Below are positions 9,357-20,388 of a stretch of 58,500 nucleotides of DNA, piece by piece; positions within the stretch are counted from its first letter, which is position 1; the number at the start of each line of letters is the position of its first letter. Below the pieces are notes generated by a model. It made no database searches and was not told the DNA's origin. It saw only the letters and a program-made list of their open reading frames with translations. Position numbers and translations under genes: made by a program. Origin of the DNA: Comamonadaceae bacterium (lineage in GTDB: Bacteria; Pseudomonadota; Gammaproteobacteria; Burkholderiales; Burkholderiaceae_C); assembly GCA_947378275.1 (NCBI GenBank), contig CANCJD010000001.1, forward strand, positions 1 through 58,500. Reading direction: 5' to 3'.

Positions 9357-10745
9357 CTAGTCGCGCGTCACGCGCAGCAGCTCTTCGCGCGTGGTAATGC
9401 CGGCGTCCACCAGGCGCTGGCCGTCGTCGCGCATCAGCACCATGCCGCTGGCCAGCGCCGCGTCACGGATCGCGGCCTCAGAGGCTTGGTTGTGGATTTG
9501 GGCGCGGATGGCGTCGTCGGTCACCAGCAACTCGAACACGCCGGTGCGTCCGGCGTAGCCGGTGTGGCCGCAATGGGCGCAGCCCGCGCCGCTGCAGGCG
9601 GTGCAGCGCTTGCGCACCAGGCGCTGGGCCAGCACACCCAAGAGCGAGGAACTCAGCAAAAACGGCTCCACGCCCATGTCGGTCAGGCGCGTCACCGCGC
9701 TGGCCGCGTCGTTGGTGTGCAAGGTGGCCAGCACCAGGTGGCCGGTGAGCGAGGCCTGGATGGCGATTTGCGCCGTCTCAAAATCGCGGATCTCGCCGAT
9801 CATGATCACGTCTGGGTCCTGGCGCAAGATGGCGCGCAGAGCCTTGGCAAAGGTCAGGTCAATCTTGGCGTTGACCTGGGTCTGGCCCACACCCGCCAAC
9901 TCGTACTCAATCGGGTCTTCCACCGTCATGATGTTGCTGCCGCGCGTGTCCAAACGTTGCAGCCCGGCGTACAGCGTAGTGGTTTTGCCCGATCCGGTGG
10001 GGCCAGTGACCAAAATAATGCCGTGGGGTTGCACCAGCAGGTGCGCAAAACGCGCCAGCACATCACCCTGCATGCCCACCGATTCCAAGCTGAGTTTGCT
10101 CTCGCTTTTGTCCAGCAGGCGCAGCACCGCGCGTTCGCCGTGGGCGCTGGGCAGGGTGCTGACGCGCACGTCCACCGCACGCGTGCCAATGCGCAGCGAG
10201 ATGCGGCCGTCCTGCGGCAGGCGGCGCTCGGCAATGTCGAGTTCGGCCATGATTTTCAGGCGCGAGATGAGGGCCGCATGCAACGCGCGGTTGGGTTGCA
10301 CCACCTCACGCAAGTTGCCGTCCACCCGAAAGCGCACCACCGAGTGGCGCTCGTAGGGCTCGATGTGGATGTCGCTGGCGCCGTCGCGCGCGGCCTGCGT
10401 GAGCAAGGCGTTGAGCATGCGGATGATGGGCGCGTCGTCGGACGTCTCCAGCAAGTCTTCAATGGCCGGCAGGTCTTGCATCATGCGACTGAGATCGGCC
10501 TCGCCTTCGACTTCGCTCACCACCGCTGCCGCGCTGGACTCGCCCTGCGCATAGGCCGCGCTGATGTGCTGCGCCAGCGCTGGCGCAGTGTGGTTGTGCA
10601 CCTGTTGCACCGGGTATTTGCGCAGCGCCTCGGCAATGCCGCTGGGCAGCGACAAGGGCTGTACATGCAGTGTCAGGCCCTGGGCGTCGTCTTCCAGCAG
10701 CACTTGCTGGCTGCGCGCAAAAGCGTAGGGCAGCGGGTAGCGCAT
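9357..10745 (-). CDS. gspE: type II secretion ATPase E
   Basis: [18 protein letters not shown] (Walker A), TVEDPIE, LRQDPD, CxxC..CxxC. Confidence 0.95.
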   Translation of the reverse strand: MRYPLPYAFARSQQVLLEDDAQGLTLHVQPLSLPSGIAEALRKYPVQQVHNHTAPALAQHISAAYAQGESSAAAVVSEVEGEADLSRMMQDLPAIEDLLETSDDAPIIRMLNALLTQAARDGASDIHIEPYERHSVVRFRVDGNLREVVQPNRALHAALISRLKIMAELDIAERRLPQDGRISLRIGTRAVDVRVSTLPSAHGERAVLRLLDKSESKLSLESVGMQGDVLARFAHLLVQPHGIILVTGPTGSGKTTTLYAGLQRLDTRGSNIMTVEDPIEYELAGVGQTQVNAKIDLTFAKALRAILRQDPDVIMIGEIRDFETAQIAIQASLTGHLVLATLHTNDAASAVTRLTDMGVEPFLLSSSLLGVLAQRLVRKRCTACSGAGCAHCGHTGYAGRTGVFELLVTDDAIRAQIHNQASEAAIRDAALASGMVLMRDDGQRLVDAGITTREELLRVTRD

Positions 10746-10746
10746 C

Positions 10747-12861
10747 TCAGGGCGCGGCCTTCTTGGTTTGGGCGACCGGGGCGGCGGCGGGCAAGGTGGG
10801 GGCGTCGTTGATCGGCACCTTGGCGTCGGGCACGGGTTGGGCGTCTTGCATGCCGCTGCGCATTTGCTCGTAGCGGTCTAGCGACAGGCGTTCGGTGGCA
10901 GCGCTGTCGCGCACCACCACCGGGCGCAGAAACACCATCAGGTTGGTCTTTTTGCGGCTGCGCGCTTCGCTTTTGAACAGGTTGCCAAAAAACGGGACAT
11001 CGCTCACGCCCGGCACCTTGTCGCCGTTGCCGGTAAATTCATCTTGCAGCAAGCCGCCCAGCACCACCACTGAGCCGTCGTCCACCAGCACGTTGGACTC
11101 AATCGTGCGCTTATTGGTCGTCGGCCCGTTGGGCGCTGCCACGGTGGACGCCTGCACGCTGGATACTTCTTGAAAGATGGTCAGCTTGACGGTGCCGTTC
11201 TCGCTGATTTGGGGCTTGACCTTCAGCGTCAAGCCCACGTCCTTGCGCTCAATGGTCTGAAACGGGTTGACCGAGCCGGTGCCCGAGTTGGTGTTGGTGA
11301 ACTGGCCAGTCACAAAGGGCACGTTCTGGCCGATCACGATCTTGGCCTCTTCGTTGTCCAGGGTGAGCAAATTGGGCGTGGACAAGACGTTGCCCGCGCC
11401 GCTGGACTCCAAAAACCGGGCCAAGAAACCCAGCACATAGACGCCGTTGGTCTGGTTGGCCACGCCGATGTTCAGGCCGCTACCGGGCAGCACCGCGCCG
11501 CCGCCCGTGGCCAGGCTGAGGATGTTTTTGCCGGCTGCACCAAAATTGGTGCCCAACAGGCCAATGCTGCTGTCGCCATTGCTGCCCAGGGCGCGCTGCC
11601 ACTGCACGCCAAATTCGGCGGCGCGGTCGGCGCTTACTTCGGCAATCAGGCTTTCCACATAGACCTGCGCCCGGCGGGCGTCCAGGCGTTCAATCACTTC
11701 GCGCAACTGGCGGTACTGCGGGTCGGGCGCGGTGATGATGAGCGAGTTGGTGGACGGGTCAGCCTGCACCTGGCCGCCCGAGGTGGCCGCCGGCAGGGCG
11801 GGTGTACCTGCGGCGCCGGCGGCCGCGCCGGACACGGCCGCTGGTGTGGGGCTGACCGCCGCACCGCTGAGCGCCGCGCGCAAGGTGGCCGCCAGCTTCG
11901 TAGCGTCGGCGTTTTTCAGGTAGACCACATGCAGATTACCCAGTTCGCCATTGCTTTTGCTTGAAGGCTGGTCCAGCTTTTCCACCAGCGATTTGACCAG
12001 CGCCACGCGTGCCGGGTTGGCCGCGCGCACGATCAGCGTGTTGCTGCGCGACTCGGCAATCACCGTGGTCTTAAACCCAGTGTCGGCTGCGCCTGCGGGT
12101 GCGCCCGTGGTGGTGGCGCTGGCGTCAATCAGCTTGAGGACGAGCGGCGCCAGGTCCACGGCAATCGCGTTTTTGAGCTCAATGACCTCCACCTCGGTGG
12201 CGTTGGACACGTCCATGGCGGCAATGATGCGGGCGATGCGCCGCAGGTTGTCGGCATAGTCGGTAATCACCAGCGCGTTGTTGCCCGGGTTGGCGTTGAT
12301 GGTGTTGTTGGGGCTGATCAGGGGGCGCAGCACCGCCACCAGGTTGGTGGCCGATTCAAAATTAAGTCGAAAGATCTGCGTGACGATCTGGCCGCCAGCG
12401 GCGCCCTTGGGCGCGCTGTCGTTGGTTTCCACCGCAGCGCTTTGCAGCTTGGCATCGGCCTCGGGCACGACCTTGAACAGTCCGGCCGACTCCACCATGG
12501 TGAAGCCCTGCAAACGCAGACTCGTCAAAAACTGCGCCATGGCCATCGAGCGGTTGACAGGCTTCTCGGTGACAAGGGTGAGCTTGCCTTTGACGCGGGG
12601 ATCGACCACCACGTTCATGCCGTACAGCAGGCCGATAGTGCGCGCCACGGACTCGATCTCGGCGTCGGTAAAGTTCAGCGTAATGGGATCGCCCGGCTTG
12701 GACGCTCCGGTGTTGGGCAGGGGCGCGGCGGGGGCCGATTGCGCCAGGGCTACCGGTGCCCAAGCTGCAGTCGTACCCACCAGCACGGTGGCCGCAAGCA
12801 AGGCGCCCAGGCGTGCGCGCTTCGCGGTTGGAGCAGCGGGAAAAATGCGCGTTGGTGTCAT
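10747..12861 (-). CDS. gspD: type II secretion secretin D
   Basis: Signal peptide, N domains, QVYVE, GQNVP, KVP..DVP..GNLF secretin motifs. Confidence 0.95.
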   Translation of the reverse strand: MTPTRIFPAAPTAKRARLGALLAATVLVGTTAAWAPVALAQSAPAAPLPNTGASKPGDPITLNFTDAEIESVARTIGLLYGMNVVVDPRVKGKLTLVTEKPVNRSMAMAQFLTSLRLQGFTMVESAGLFKVVPEADAKLQSAAVETNDSAPKGAAGGQIVTQIFRLNFESATNLVAVLRPLISPNNTINANPGNNALVITDYADNLRRIARIIAAMDVSNATEVEVIELKNAIAVDLAPLVLKLIDASATTTGAPAGAADTGFKTTVIAESRSNTLIVRAANPARVALVKSLVEKLDQPSSKSNGELGNLHVVYLKNADATKLAATLRAALSGAAVSPTPAAVSGAAAGAAGTPALPAATSGGQVQADPSTNSLIITAPDPQYRQLREVIERLDARRAQVYVESLIAEVSADRAAEFGVQWQRALGSNGDSSIGLLGTNFGAAGKNILSLATGGGAVLPGSGLNIGVANQTNGVYVLGFLARFLESSGAGNVLSTPNLLTLDNEEAKIVIGQNVPFVTGQFTNTNSGTGSVNPFQTIERKDVGLTLKVKPQISENGTVKLTIFQEVSSVQASTVAAPNGPTTNKRTIESNVLVDDGSVVVLGGLLQDEFTGNGDKVPGVSDVPFFGNLFKSEARSRKKTNLMVFLRPVVVRDSAATERLSLDRYEQMRSGMQDAQPVPDAKVPINDAPTLPAAAPVAQTKKAAP

Positions 12862-12867
12862 AGATAT

Positions 12868-13662
12868 TCAACCCACTTTGATGATGGAGCGCGCGCCTTC
12901 GCGCCGTCCGATGATGTTCAAGAGATTCGACAGCGCGTCCAATCGCTCGGGTGCGGCGCTGGCCTCGCCTTCAAAGCGCAAGCGCCCGTCCGTCCACTGG
13001 CCGCTGCCGTTCAATTGCAGGCTGCCTTGCGTGGTGCTTAAGCCCAGGCGCGGCGTGTCGCCACCAGCAACCACAAAGCGGTAGCTGCCCATGGGCCGCA
13101 GCGTGGACAGGCGCGATGCCACGTCAATCGCGTCCACCTGCAACTGGCCTTGCAGCGCCAGTCGCCCATGAATCCATTGCGCGCTAAAGCCTTGGCTGGA
13201 CACGGCCAACTGGCCTTCGGCGCGGATAGTGTTCCAGGGCGTGCCCAGGCCAGTGAGCAGCAGCGCGGGCCACTGTGAGCGCTGGTCTTGCATGCGTATT
13301 TGCACGCCGCCCCAGCGCGCAATCAAATCGATGGCCAGAGGTGTTTGCATGCAGCAGTCGGCAAACACCGAGATTTGCAGCTGGCCCCAGCCCGGCTGCA
13401 CACGCCAGGCCAGGCGCCCGGGCAGGGTGCTGCTGTCGCTGCTGCCGGGCCCGCCCGTCAGGGTGAGCTGGCTCGAACCATTCCACACCGTTCCGCGCGC
13501 ATCTTGCAGCAGCACGTGGCCACCGCTGGCGGCTTGCACACCACCCACCAGCCAGACCGCCGGGGCAAACCCCACGGTGGCCAGCAGCAAGCCCAGTGCC
13601 GCGCCGCAGAACGCCCAGGCCCATGGCGTGCGCGTGTTGACGTGCGTGGAGGTCGTGGCCAT
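12868..13662 (-). CDS. gspN: type II secretion protein N
   Basis: APAxW, RGTVWNG motifs; position between gspM and gspD. Confidence 0.85.
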   Translation of the reverse strand: MATTSTHVNTRTPWAWAFCGAALGLLLATVGFAPAVWLVGGVQAASGGHVLLQDARGTVWNGSSQLTLTGGPGSSDSSTLPGRLAWRVQPGWGQLQISVFADCCMQTPLAIDLIARWGGVQIRMQDQRSQWPALLLTGLGTPWNTIRAEGQLAVSSQGFSAQWIHGRLALQGQLQVDAIDVASRLSTLRPMGSYRFVVAGGDTPRLGLSTTQGSLQLNGSGQWTDGRLRFEGEASAAPERLDALSNLLNIIGRREGARSIIKVG

Positions 13663-13675
13663 GGCGTGCAGGTGA

Positions 13676-14188
13676 TCAGGGCGCAGCGGTGCTGGCCAGT
13701 TGCAACACAATGCGGCCCTTCCACAGCCCTTGGCTTTGGGTCAGGTGCAGCTCCAGCGGTCGCGCGCGGGCATTCAGGCGCACCTGCATCAGCCATTGCG
13801 CCAGCCCGTCGGCGCTGCTGTCCTCCAGGGTGACGGTGGCGCGCTCGCCGGTGAGCGACATGCGCGCTGCGGCCCCCAGCGTGGGCAGGGCGGCTTCCAG
13901 CGCGCTTTTGGCGTCCTGGGTTTGTGCGGCAGGCACGGCTTGCAGCACGCGGGCCTGGGCTTGGAGCTGCAGCATGTCTTGCAGTTGCGCGCGCAGAAGC
14001 GGGCCCTGGCTTTGCGCGCTGCGCAGCGTTGCAAGGGCCGGACGCAGTGCCACAAACCAGACCAGTGCCAGCGCCAGTAGCGCCAGCGCACCGCGCACCA
14101 AACGCTGTTCGCGCGGGCTCATTTGCGACCAGCGCGTGTGCGCGGGGGCGATGGCGGCGCTTAAGGTGCCTTGCAGGTTGGGCTTCAT
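13676..14188 (-). CDS. gspM: type II secretion protein M
   Basis: W..SPREQ followed by a TM helix; LAQWL..VR-NAR; start overlaps the gspL stop. Confidence 0.85.
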   Translation of the reverse strand: MKPNLQGTLSAAIAPAHTRWSQMSPREQRLVRGALALLALALVWFVALRPALATLRSAQSQGPLLRAQLQDMLQLQAQARVLQAVPAAQTQDAKSALEAALPTLGAAARMSLTGERATVTLEDSSADGLAQWLMQVRLNARARPLELHLTQSQGLWKGRIVLQLASTAAP

Positions 14189-15408
14189 GGGGCGCCCCGC
14201 AGACTCAGGTCCGCGCCGGTGGCGCTCAGGGTATAGCCCTGGCCCTTGAGGGTCTGGCTTGCCTGCGCCAGTGCGCTTGCTGCCAGGGTCACGCCATGCA
14301 GTCGCAGCTCGCCATTGGCAAAGTCCATGCCGCTGGGGGCGGGCGCGGTGGGCGCGGCATGCGCCCAAGCGCCCAGCAGAGTTTCAACATCGCGCGTGCC
14401 CAGCGCCCCGGCGTTGAGCTGCAGGGCGGCCACGGCGCGCTGCATTTGCACCGGCGCGTCCACCACCACTTGGGTGGCGGGAAAAGTGCCAGTCAGCACC
14501 GCATCAATGGCTTTGCGCTGCGCTTGCAGTGCGGCGCGTTCGGCCCCGGCGCGCACATTGAGGCCCAGCAGGTTGACTGCGATCAGGGCCAGCAGGCCCC
14601 AGCGCGCAGCGCGCCAGCGAGGCGCTTGCAGCAGCGTGCGCACGGTGGAGGCCATGCGTTTAAGGCTGCGGCTGCGCTGGTTGTTGACCAGGTCGAGTTG
14701 GGCCAGGTCCCAGTCGCTTTGGCAGGCGGCCAAGGCGCGCTCTGCGCGGCTTTGCAATTGCACGCTGCGCCCAAACCGTTGTTCGGCCAAAGTGGCTACG
14801 GCGGGCTCGGAGCGCAGTGGCGCGTCTTCGGGCCAACGCAGCAGGGCCACGGTGCTTGCCTGCAGTGGCCAGGGCGTCACACCGTTGGGGCTTGTGTGCA
14901 GCAGCAGGGCTTGGCCGGCGTTTTCCACCGCGTACAGCCTCTCATGGGCTTGCTCGCCATCAGCCCCTGGGTTTGGTACCAGCTCGGGCACGATGCGGGT
15001 CACCGTGACGCCTGCTGCCTCCAGCGCCTGCAAGCTGTTGTGTAGCCAGGCTCTGTCGCACACCGCGACCCAGGTGCTGGCGCCTTTCACAGAGCCCGGC
15101 TCCAGCGCGAAGTGCAAAGTGGCCGGGTCATCAAGCAGTTGATCTTCCAACAGGCCAACCAGTACGGCGCGCAGGCGCGTGCTGTTGGCAGTAGCGCCCT
15201 TGGGAAGTTGCACCCGGTGCCAGGACAGTTGGGCCGCACCCACCACGAGCACGGTTTCAGTCACCCGGCCAGTGCTTGCGCTTGGCAGCAGCGCCAACGG
15301 CGCGCTTGCGACGGTGCCCTCTCGCAGGCCGTCAGGGCTGAGCACATAGTCCACCACCGAGCCTGCGTGCAAGCCGCTGCGGGGAAGGGTGAGGATGAGC
15401 GTGGCCAT
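14185..15408 (-). CDS. gspL: type II secretion protein L
   Basis: LEDQLLDD..LHFAL, DLAQ, TFP..VVDAPVQM motifs. Confidence 0.88.
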   Translation of the reverse strand: MATLILTLPRSGLHAGSVVDYVLSPDGLREGTVASAPLALLPSASTGRVTETVLVVGAAQLSWHRVQLPKGATANSTRLRAVLVGLLEDQLLDDPATLHFALEPGSVKGASTWVAVCDRAWLHNSLQALEAAGVTVTRIVPELVPNPGADGEQAHERLYAVENAGQALLLHTSPNGVTPWPLQASTVALLRWPEDAPLRSEPAVATLAEQRFGRSVQLQSRAERALAACQSDWDLAQLDLVNNQRSRSLKRMASTVRTLLQAPRWRAARWGLLALIAVNLLGLNVRAGAERAALQAQRKAIDAVLTGTFPATQVVVDAPVQMQRAVAALQLNAGALGTRDVETLLGAWAHAAPTAPAPSGMDFANGELRLHGVTLAASALAQASQTLKGQGYTLSATGADLSLRGAP

Positions 15409-15418
15409 GGTTCAAAAA

Positions 15419-16444
15419 TCAGCGGTCATTGTAGGTGTCGGGCTGGGTGGGCGCATCGGTGGAAGTGGGCTTGAGCGGTCGTTTGCGCCACAGCGTTTTG
15501 ACCTTGGTGGCGTCGCGCTGTACGACCGAATATTCCTGCACCGTGTTGCTGTCGATTTGCAACACGCCGTGCAGGGAAAAAAAGCGTGTGCTGGTGGATA
15601 GCAGCTGGGTGTCGAGCACAAGCTGGGGCAGCTTGGCGGCTTTCTTGACGTCGTCCAGACTGTCCCAATGCGACAGGCGCCGGGCGTCGAGCAGGCGCTG
15701 CACATCTGCCTGGGTGACTCCGTCCATGCAGGCCATCAGCACCACGCTTGATGCGGTGTTCAGGTTCACCGGCGTGCGCTCTGGCAGCACCGTAATGTGG
15801 TCCTGCAGCAGCGCCAATGTGGCGGGGTCCAGCCCCAGCCAGGCCAGTTGGTCTGGTTCTTGCGGCCAGAGCGGACCGTCAGTGCTGGCGTTAAGCACCT
15901 TGTTGTCAGCCGCCGACCCGCTGGCCTGCTGGGCGCGCTGCAATTGCCCTACCAGCCGGTCGAGTGTGGCGCGTGGCAGGCCCAGTTGCGTAAATAGGCG
16001 CTCCCACATGCGCAGCGTGGGGGCGTGCACTTTGCCGTCGTCTTGCACCAGGTTCTTCAGGTTCAGCCGCGCTTGCAGATCGCTGATCTGGCCCGACAAA
16101 AAAGCGTTGGTACTGGCGTCGGCGGCCAGGGTGTCGCTGCGGTCGGCGGCCAAAAAGGTGGACAGGCGCGCTTGTTCGAGCGGCATGGCCCAAGGTTCGG
16201 CCAGGTGGTCGGCGCCGCCCCTGCGCCCGTCCTCGGCCAGGATCAGCCGCGCCCAGTCCAGCGCGCCTGTTAGCACCCAGGACGATTGCGCGCGGGTGCG
16301 CTCGGCGCTTTCCACTTCTACTGCGCGCCACTGCTGCCACAGCGCCGCCGAGGCCAAGGTGGCCACCAGCACCACCGTGAGCATGGCCATGAGAATGGCC
16401 GCGCCCGATTGGCCCGTGCGGATGCGGGGGGTGGGCTGCGTCAT
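15419..16444 (-). CDS. gspK: type II secretion minor pseudopilin K
   Basis: G-AAILMAM type IV-like cleavage site lacking E5; DHL-EPW, I-DLQARLNL, PVNLNTAS. Confidence 0.9.
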   Translation of the reverse strand: MTQPTPRIRTGQSGAAILMAMLTVVLVATLASAALWQQWRAVEVESAERTRAQSSWVLTGALDWARLILAEDGRRGGADHLAEPWAMPLEQARLSTFLAADRSDTLAADASTNAFLSGQISDLQARLNLKNLVQDDGKVHAPTLRMWERLFTQLGLPRATLDRLVGQLQRAQQASGSAADNKVLNASTDGPLWPQEPDQLAWLGLDPATLALLQDHITVLPERTPVNLNTASSVVLMACMDGVTQADVQRLLDARRLSHWDSLDDVKKAAKLPQLVLDTQLLSTSTRFFSLHGVLQIDSNTVQEYSVVQRDATKVKTLWRKRPLKPTSTDAPTQPDTYNDR

Positions 16445-17160
16445 GGCGTGCCGCCCAGACCGGGTCGGGCCCAGTCGCGCGTGAGCACGCCGCTGACCGC
16501 CTGGCCTGGCGGCAGCGTCAACAGCAGTCGCACGCCGTCGGGCATGGCGCCCGCCGCTGCGCTGGAAGTGGGGCCGCCCAGACCTGCGCCCGATGCGGCC
16601 ATTGCGGGCGCCTGGGCTGCGCCATCCGCCGGGGCGCTGCCGTCGGCCGACGACAAGGGATTGGTCCAGGCGCCACCCCGGTAGAAAAAAATCTGCCAGC
16701 GTTCCAGCGGTGTGACGCGCACCTCGAAGCGGCGGTCGTCGTCGCTGGGGTTTTGGCCCCAGCGTGCGGCCTGGGTCCAGGCGGCTTGCAGTTCGGCGTG
16801 GGTGGCAAGCGCGGGCGACTGCCAGCGCAGCCACTGCGCGCTGCCGCCCACCAGACGCTGCGACCAGGCCACCACGTGCAGGCCTTCGCCCGCAGACTGG
16901 CTGCCCCGGCGCAACAGGCGCAGGGCGCGGCCGTCCCAGTCAATGCTGGGGGTGTTGGGCTGCTGGGCCAGCGCATCCAGATCGGCGCCCCATTGCGCCA
17001 GGCCGGTTTGCAAGGTAAGCACATCGTCGGAATGCTGTGCCAGGCGTTTTTGCGCACCGACCATACCGTCCAGGCCGCGCCAGGACATGGCGGACATCAG
17101 CGCCATCAGCGCCAGCGCCACCAAGAGTTCGATCAGGGTAAAGCCGCGCTGCTTGGCCAT
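16441..17160 (-). CDS. gspJ: type II secretion minor pseudopilin J
   Basis: QRGFTLIELLVAL methylation motif; WTNPLSS; PDGVRL. Confidence 0.88.
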   Translation of the reverse strand: MAKQRGFTLIELLVALALMALMSAMSWRGLDGMVGAQKRLAQHSDDVLTLQTGLAQWGADLDALAQQPNTPSIDWDGRALRLLRRGSQSAGEGLHVVAWSQRLVGGSAQWLRWQSPALATHAELQAAWTQAARWGQNPSDDDRRFEVRVTPLERWQIFFYRGGAWTNPLSSADGSAPADGAAQAPAMAASGAGLGGPTSSAAAGAMPDGVRLLLTLPPGQAVSGVLTRDWARPGLGGTP

Positions 17161-17537
17161 CAGTTGCGTCCCACGATGGTGGACAGGCGCAACACCGGTT
17201 CGGTGGCATTGCGCACCTGGGCGTCTACGCGTACGAAGTTGGGGTTGGGCGTAGCTTGCACATTGAGCACCAGGGTGAAGCTTTGGCCGCCTTGCACGCA
17301 TTCGCGGCTGCTTTCGCCCACGCCCGGCATCTGGCGGCTCAGGCGGATTTGGTAGAGCGCGTTTTCGGCGCACAACTGGCCCAGCAGCACATCGCTTTGG
17401 CGCTGTGCGTGCAGCGTGAGCGCGCCGGTCGCTTTGAGGCCTGCGAGCAGCGCCACGCCCACGATGGTGAGCGCCACCAGCACCTCTACCAAGGTGAAGC
17501 CCTGCGCGGATGCGCGGTGGCGTCGGGCGGGCTTCAT
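17160..17537 (-). CDS. gspI: type II secretion minor pseudopilin I
   Basis: QGFTLVEVLVAL; TPNPNF-RV. Confidence 0.9.
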   Translation of the reverse strand: MKPARRHRASAQGFTLVEVLVALTIVGVALLAGLKATGALTLHAQRQSDVLLGQLCAENALYQIRLSRQMPGVGESSRECVQGGQSFTLVLNVQATPNPNFVRVDAQVRNATEPVLRLSTIVGRN

Positions 17538-18079
17538 GGTGTGGCGCCCTGCGTTGTTACTCGCGCCGTGTCCACGGGCAGCGGGGCAAAGGGACGCAGG
17601 CCATCGGTGGCGAGTTGCAGGCGAATGGCGGGTTTGCTGCGAGAGATCAAGACCACAGCCCGGGCTTCCAAAATCGGCTCGGGCCCCAGGCTAAGCCGGT
17701 CTGTGCCGTTCATGGGTGCGCCGGGCGCGGTTGGCTGCAGCACGGCGCCCACGGTGGTGTCGGCGCTGAGCCAGACTTGCGGTGGCAGGGGCGGGTTCAG
17801 ACCGTCAAGCACAAAGCCACCGGGCACAGCGCGCCATGTTACCGGTGTGCCCTGCATGCGCGACTGCGCGCGGCCCGACTCCAATATGGCGGCCAGGCGC
17901 TGGGCGTCGCGCTCTAGATCGGAGGCGGTGCTGTCGCGCAGGCTAAGCACTACGCCCGCCGATGCGATAGCCACAATGGCCATCACGACCAGCAGCTCAA
18001 GCAGGGTGAAGCCTTGGCCCCGCGGCTTGCCTGCGCAGACCGGACGCGCCCTAAGGCTGCCAGCTGCCAATGTCCGCAT
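17534..18079 (-). CDS. gspH: type II secretion minor pseudopilin H
   Basis: QGFTLLELLVV; LGPEP; TDGLRPF; exact start uncertain (overlaps gspG end). Confidence 0.85.
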   Translation of the reverse strand: MRTLAAGSLRARPVCAGKPRGQGFTLLELLVVMAIVAIASAGVVLSLRDSTASDLERDAQRLAAILESGRAQSRMQGTPVTWRAVPGGFVLDGLNPPLPPQVWLSADTTVGAVLQPTAPGAPMNGTDRLSLGPEPILEARAVVLISRSKPAIRLQLATDGLRPFAPLPVDTARVTTQGATP

Positions 18080-18515
18080 TTTTGCCCTCGCCACCTGACT
18101 GGCCGTCGGCGCCGAAGGACATGACGTCAATCTCGCCTTTGACGCCGGGGTTCAGGTAAACATAGGGCTTGCCCCAAGGGTCGTTGGGCAGCTGGTCGAG
18201 GTTTTTCTTCCAGTTGGGCGGCACCGGTTCGGCGGTAGGCTTGTTCACCAGCGCGGCCAAGCCTTGCTCGGCGCTGGGGTAGCGGCTGTTGTCAAGCTTG
18301 TAGAGCTTGAGTGCCTGCATCAGGTTGCTGACATCCGTCTTGGCGGCGGTGACCTTGGCGTCATCGGCCCGGTCCAGCACATTGGGCACGATGAGCGCGG
18401 CCAGCACACCGATGATGAGCAGCACGACCATCAGCTCAATGAGGGTGAAGCCTTTGTGCAAGCGTGCCATGGCGCGACTGGCAGGTGGAGTGGGCTGAAA
18501 AATGGGTGAATGCAT
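18051..18515 (-). CDS. gspG: type II secretion major pseudopilin G
   Basis: KGFTLIELMVV, YKLDN-RYP, DPWG-PY-Y-NPG, S-GADG; alternative start at 18470. Confidence 0.95.
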   Translation of the reverse strand: MHSPIFQPTPPASRAMARLHKGFTLIELMVVLLIIGVLAALIVPNVLDRADDAKVTAAKTDVSNLMQALKLYKLDNSRYPSAEQGLAALVNKPTAEPVPPNWKKNLDQLPNDPWGKPYVYLNPGVKGEIDVMSFGADGQSGGEGKNADIGSWQP

Positions 18516-18656
18516 GTGCTGAGCCGCCTCGGAGGGCCGCCATGTTGAGGTCGGCATTCAGTTTAGCCAGAAATCAAGGCGCGCCCCTTGTGTTTGGTCA
18601 TGGCGTCGGCAAGCAATCCCCCGCTAAGTGCGGGCAAGTTCCCGGATAATGGTGCC

Positions 18657-19106
18657 ATGCTCCTTGCATCCTCCCGCCCCTGGGCCCTCTACTTGGTCAC
18701 GTTTGTGACGGCGCTGCTGGCTGCCGCGAGCGCGGTTTATTGGGCGTTGGGGCTGGCTGGCGTGGTGGGACAGCAAATGCAAGCGACCTCCGTCATGGTC
18801 GCATCCCCGGCACCAGACGCCAAAGATTTGGCACGCGCTTTGGGTGGCGACCTGGTGCCGCAGTCCAAGCCGGCGCCAAACACCAACACCCAATACCAGT
18901 TACTCGGCGTTGTGGCCGGCCCAGTGGGTAAGGGCTACGCCTTGTTGGCGGAAGGCGGTGCGCCAGCCAAGACCTACGCCGTGGGCGCTGCGCTGGGTGG
19001 CGGGCAGGTGCTGCAGTCGGTATCTGTGCGCGGCGCAAAGATCGGCAGCACGCAGCAGGGCGATACGGTGGTCGAGCTGAGTCTGCCCAAGCCTCCTGGT
19101 CTGTAA
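18657..19106 (+). CDS. gspC: type II secretion protein C-like
   Basis: N-terminal TM (ASAVYW), L-GVVAG..G-ALL HR-like domain; divergent from gspG. Confidence 0.7.
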   Translation: MLLASSRPWALYLVTFVTALLAAASAVYWALGLAGVVGQQMQATSVMVASPAPDAKDLARALGGDLVPQSKPAPNTNTQYQLLGVVAGPVGKGYALLAEGGAPAKTYAVGAALGGGQVLQSVSVRGAKIGSTQQGDTVVELSLPKPPGL

Positions 19107-19230
19107 ATTTGGTTTTTGTGGTGCCTGCAAGGGTCCGAGCCCAGCCGATGCGGGTTTTCTCCCCCTGAGCAACACCTTGGAATTCATGTAAGCTTGACGA
19201 AAGTTATTGTCCATCCCCAGGAGCGAATCC

Positions 19231-20361
19231 ATGCAAATAGGCGTGCCTGCCGAAACCGCAAGCGGCGAAACCCGTGTCGCGGCCACCCCTGAAACGGTGA
19301 AAAAACTCATCGCCCAAGGCCACGCGGTGCGGGTGCAATCCGGCGCCGGCGTGCGCGCCAGCGTCACTGATGCGGCGTATGTCGCTGCAGGCGCCGAAAT
19401 TTGCGATGCCGCCGCCGCTCTGGCCAGCCCCTTGGTGCTCAAAGTGGTAGCGCCCAGCGCCCAAGAGTTGTCGCACATGGCCTCAGGCGCTGCCTTGGTG
19501 GGCATGCTCAATCCCTTTGACGCTGACGGCCTGGCCCGCATGGCCGCTGCGGGTCTGACCAGCTTTGCGCTGGAAGCCGCGCCGCGCACCACGCGGGCCC
19601 AAAGCATGGACGTGTTGTCCAGCCAGGCCAACATCGCGGGCTACAAGGCGGTCATGGTTGCTGCCGACAAATACCAGCGCTTCTTTCCCATGCTGATGAC
19701 CGCTGCGGGCACCGTCAAGGCTGCGCGCGTGGTCATTTTGGGCGTGGGCGTGGCCGGTTTGCAGGCGATTGCCACGGCCAAGCGCCTGGGCGCGGTGATT
19801 GAAGCGTCCGACGTGCGCCCCAGCGTCAAGGAGCAAATCGAATCCTTGGGTGGAAAATTCATTGAAGTGTCCTACGACACGCCCGAAGAAAAAGAAGCGG
19901 CCGTGGGCGTGGGCGGCTACGCCCGCCCCATGCCGCAAAGCTGGCTGGACCGGCAAAAGACCGAAGTCGCCAAGCGCGTGGCGCTGGCCGACGTGGTCAT
20001 TTCCACCGCCCTGATTCCTGGGCGCGCCGCTCCCGTGCTGGTGACCGAAGACATGGTCAAAAGCATGAAACCCGGCTCGGTGATCGTTGACATTGCCGCC
20101 GGCAAAGCCGCCGACGGCGTGGGCGGCAACTGCGTGCTCACCGAAGCCGGCAAAACCGTGGTCAAACACGGCGTCACGCTGGTCGGTGAAACCAACCTCG
20201 CGGCATTGGTGGCGGCGGACGCTTCTGCTTTGTACGCCCGCAACGTGCTGGACTTTTTGAAGCTGGTGCTGACCAAAGACGGCCAGTTCAAGGTGGATCT
20301 GGAAGACGACATCGTGGCCGCTTGCCTGATGACGCAAGACGGCGCCGTCAAGCGCAAATAA
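19231..20361 (+). CDS. pntAA: NAD(P) transhydrogenase alpha subunit part 1
   Basis: GETRVAATPE, RAQSMDVLSSQANIAGY, GVGVAG, TALIPG; RBS AGGAG. Confidence 0.95.
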   Translation: MQIGVPAETASGETRVAATPETVKKLIAQGHAVRVQSGAGVRASVTDAAYVAAGAEICDAAAALASPLVLKVVAPSAQELSHMASGAALVGMLNPFDADGLARMAAAGLTSFALEAAPRTTRAQSMDVLSSQANIAGYKAVMVAADKYQRFFPMLMTAAGTVKAARVVILGVGVAGLQAIATAKRLGAVIEASDVRPSVKEQIESLGGKFIEVSYDTPEEKEAAVGVGGYARPMPQSWLDRQKTEVAKRVALADVVISTALIPGRAAPVLVTEDMVKSMKPGSVIVDIAAGKAADGVGGNCVLTEAGKTVVKHGVTLVGETNLAALVAADASALYARNVLDFLKLVLTKDGQFKVDLEDDIVAACLMTQDGAVKRK

Positions 20362-20388
20362 GCCACCCCATTTAAGAGGACTAAGACC

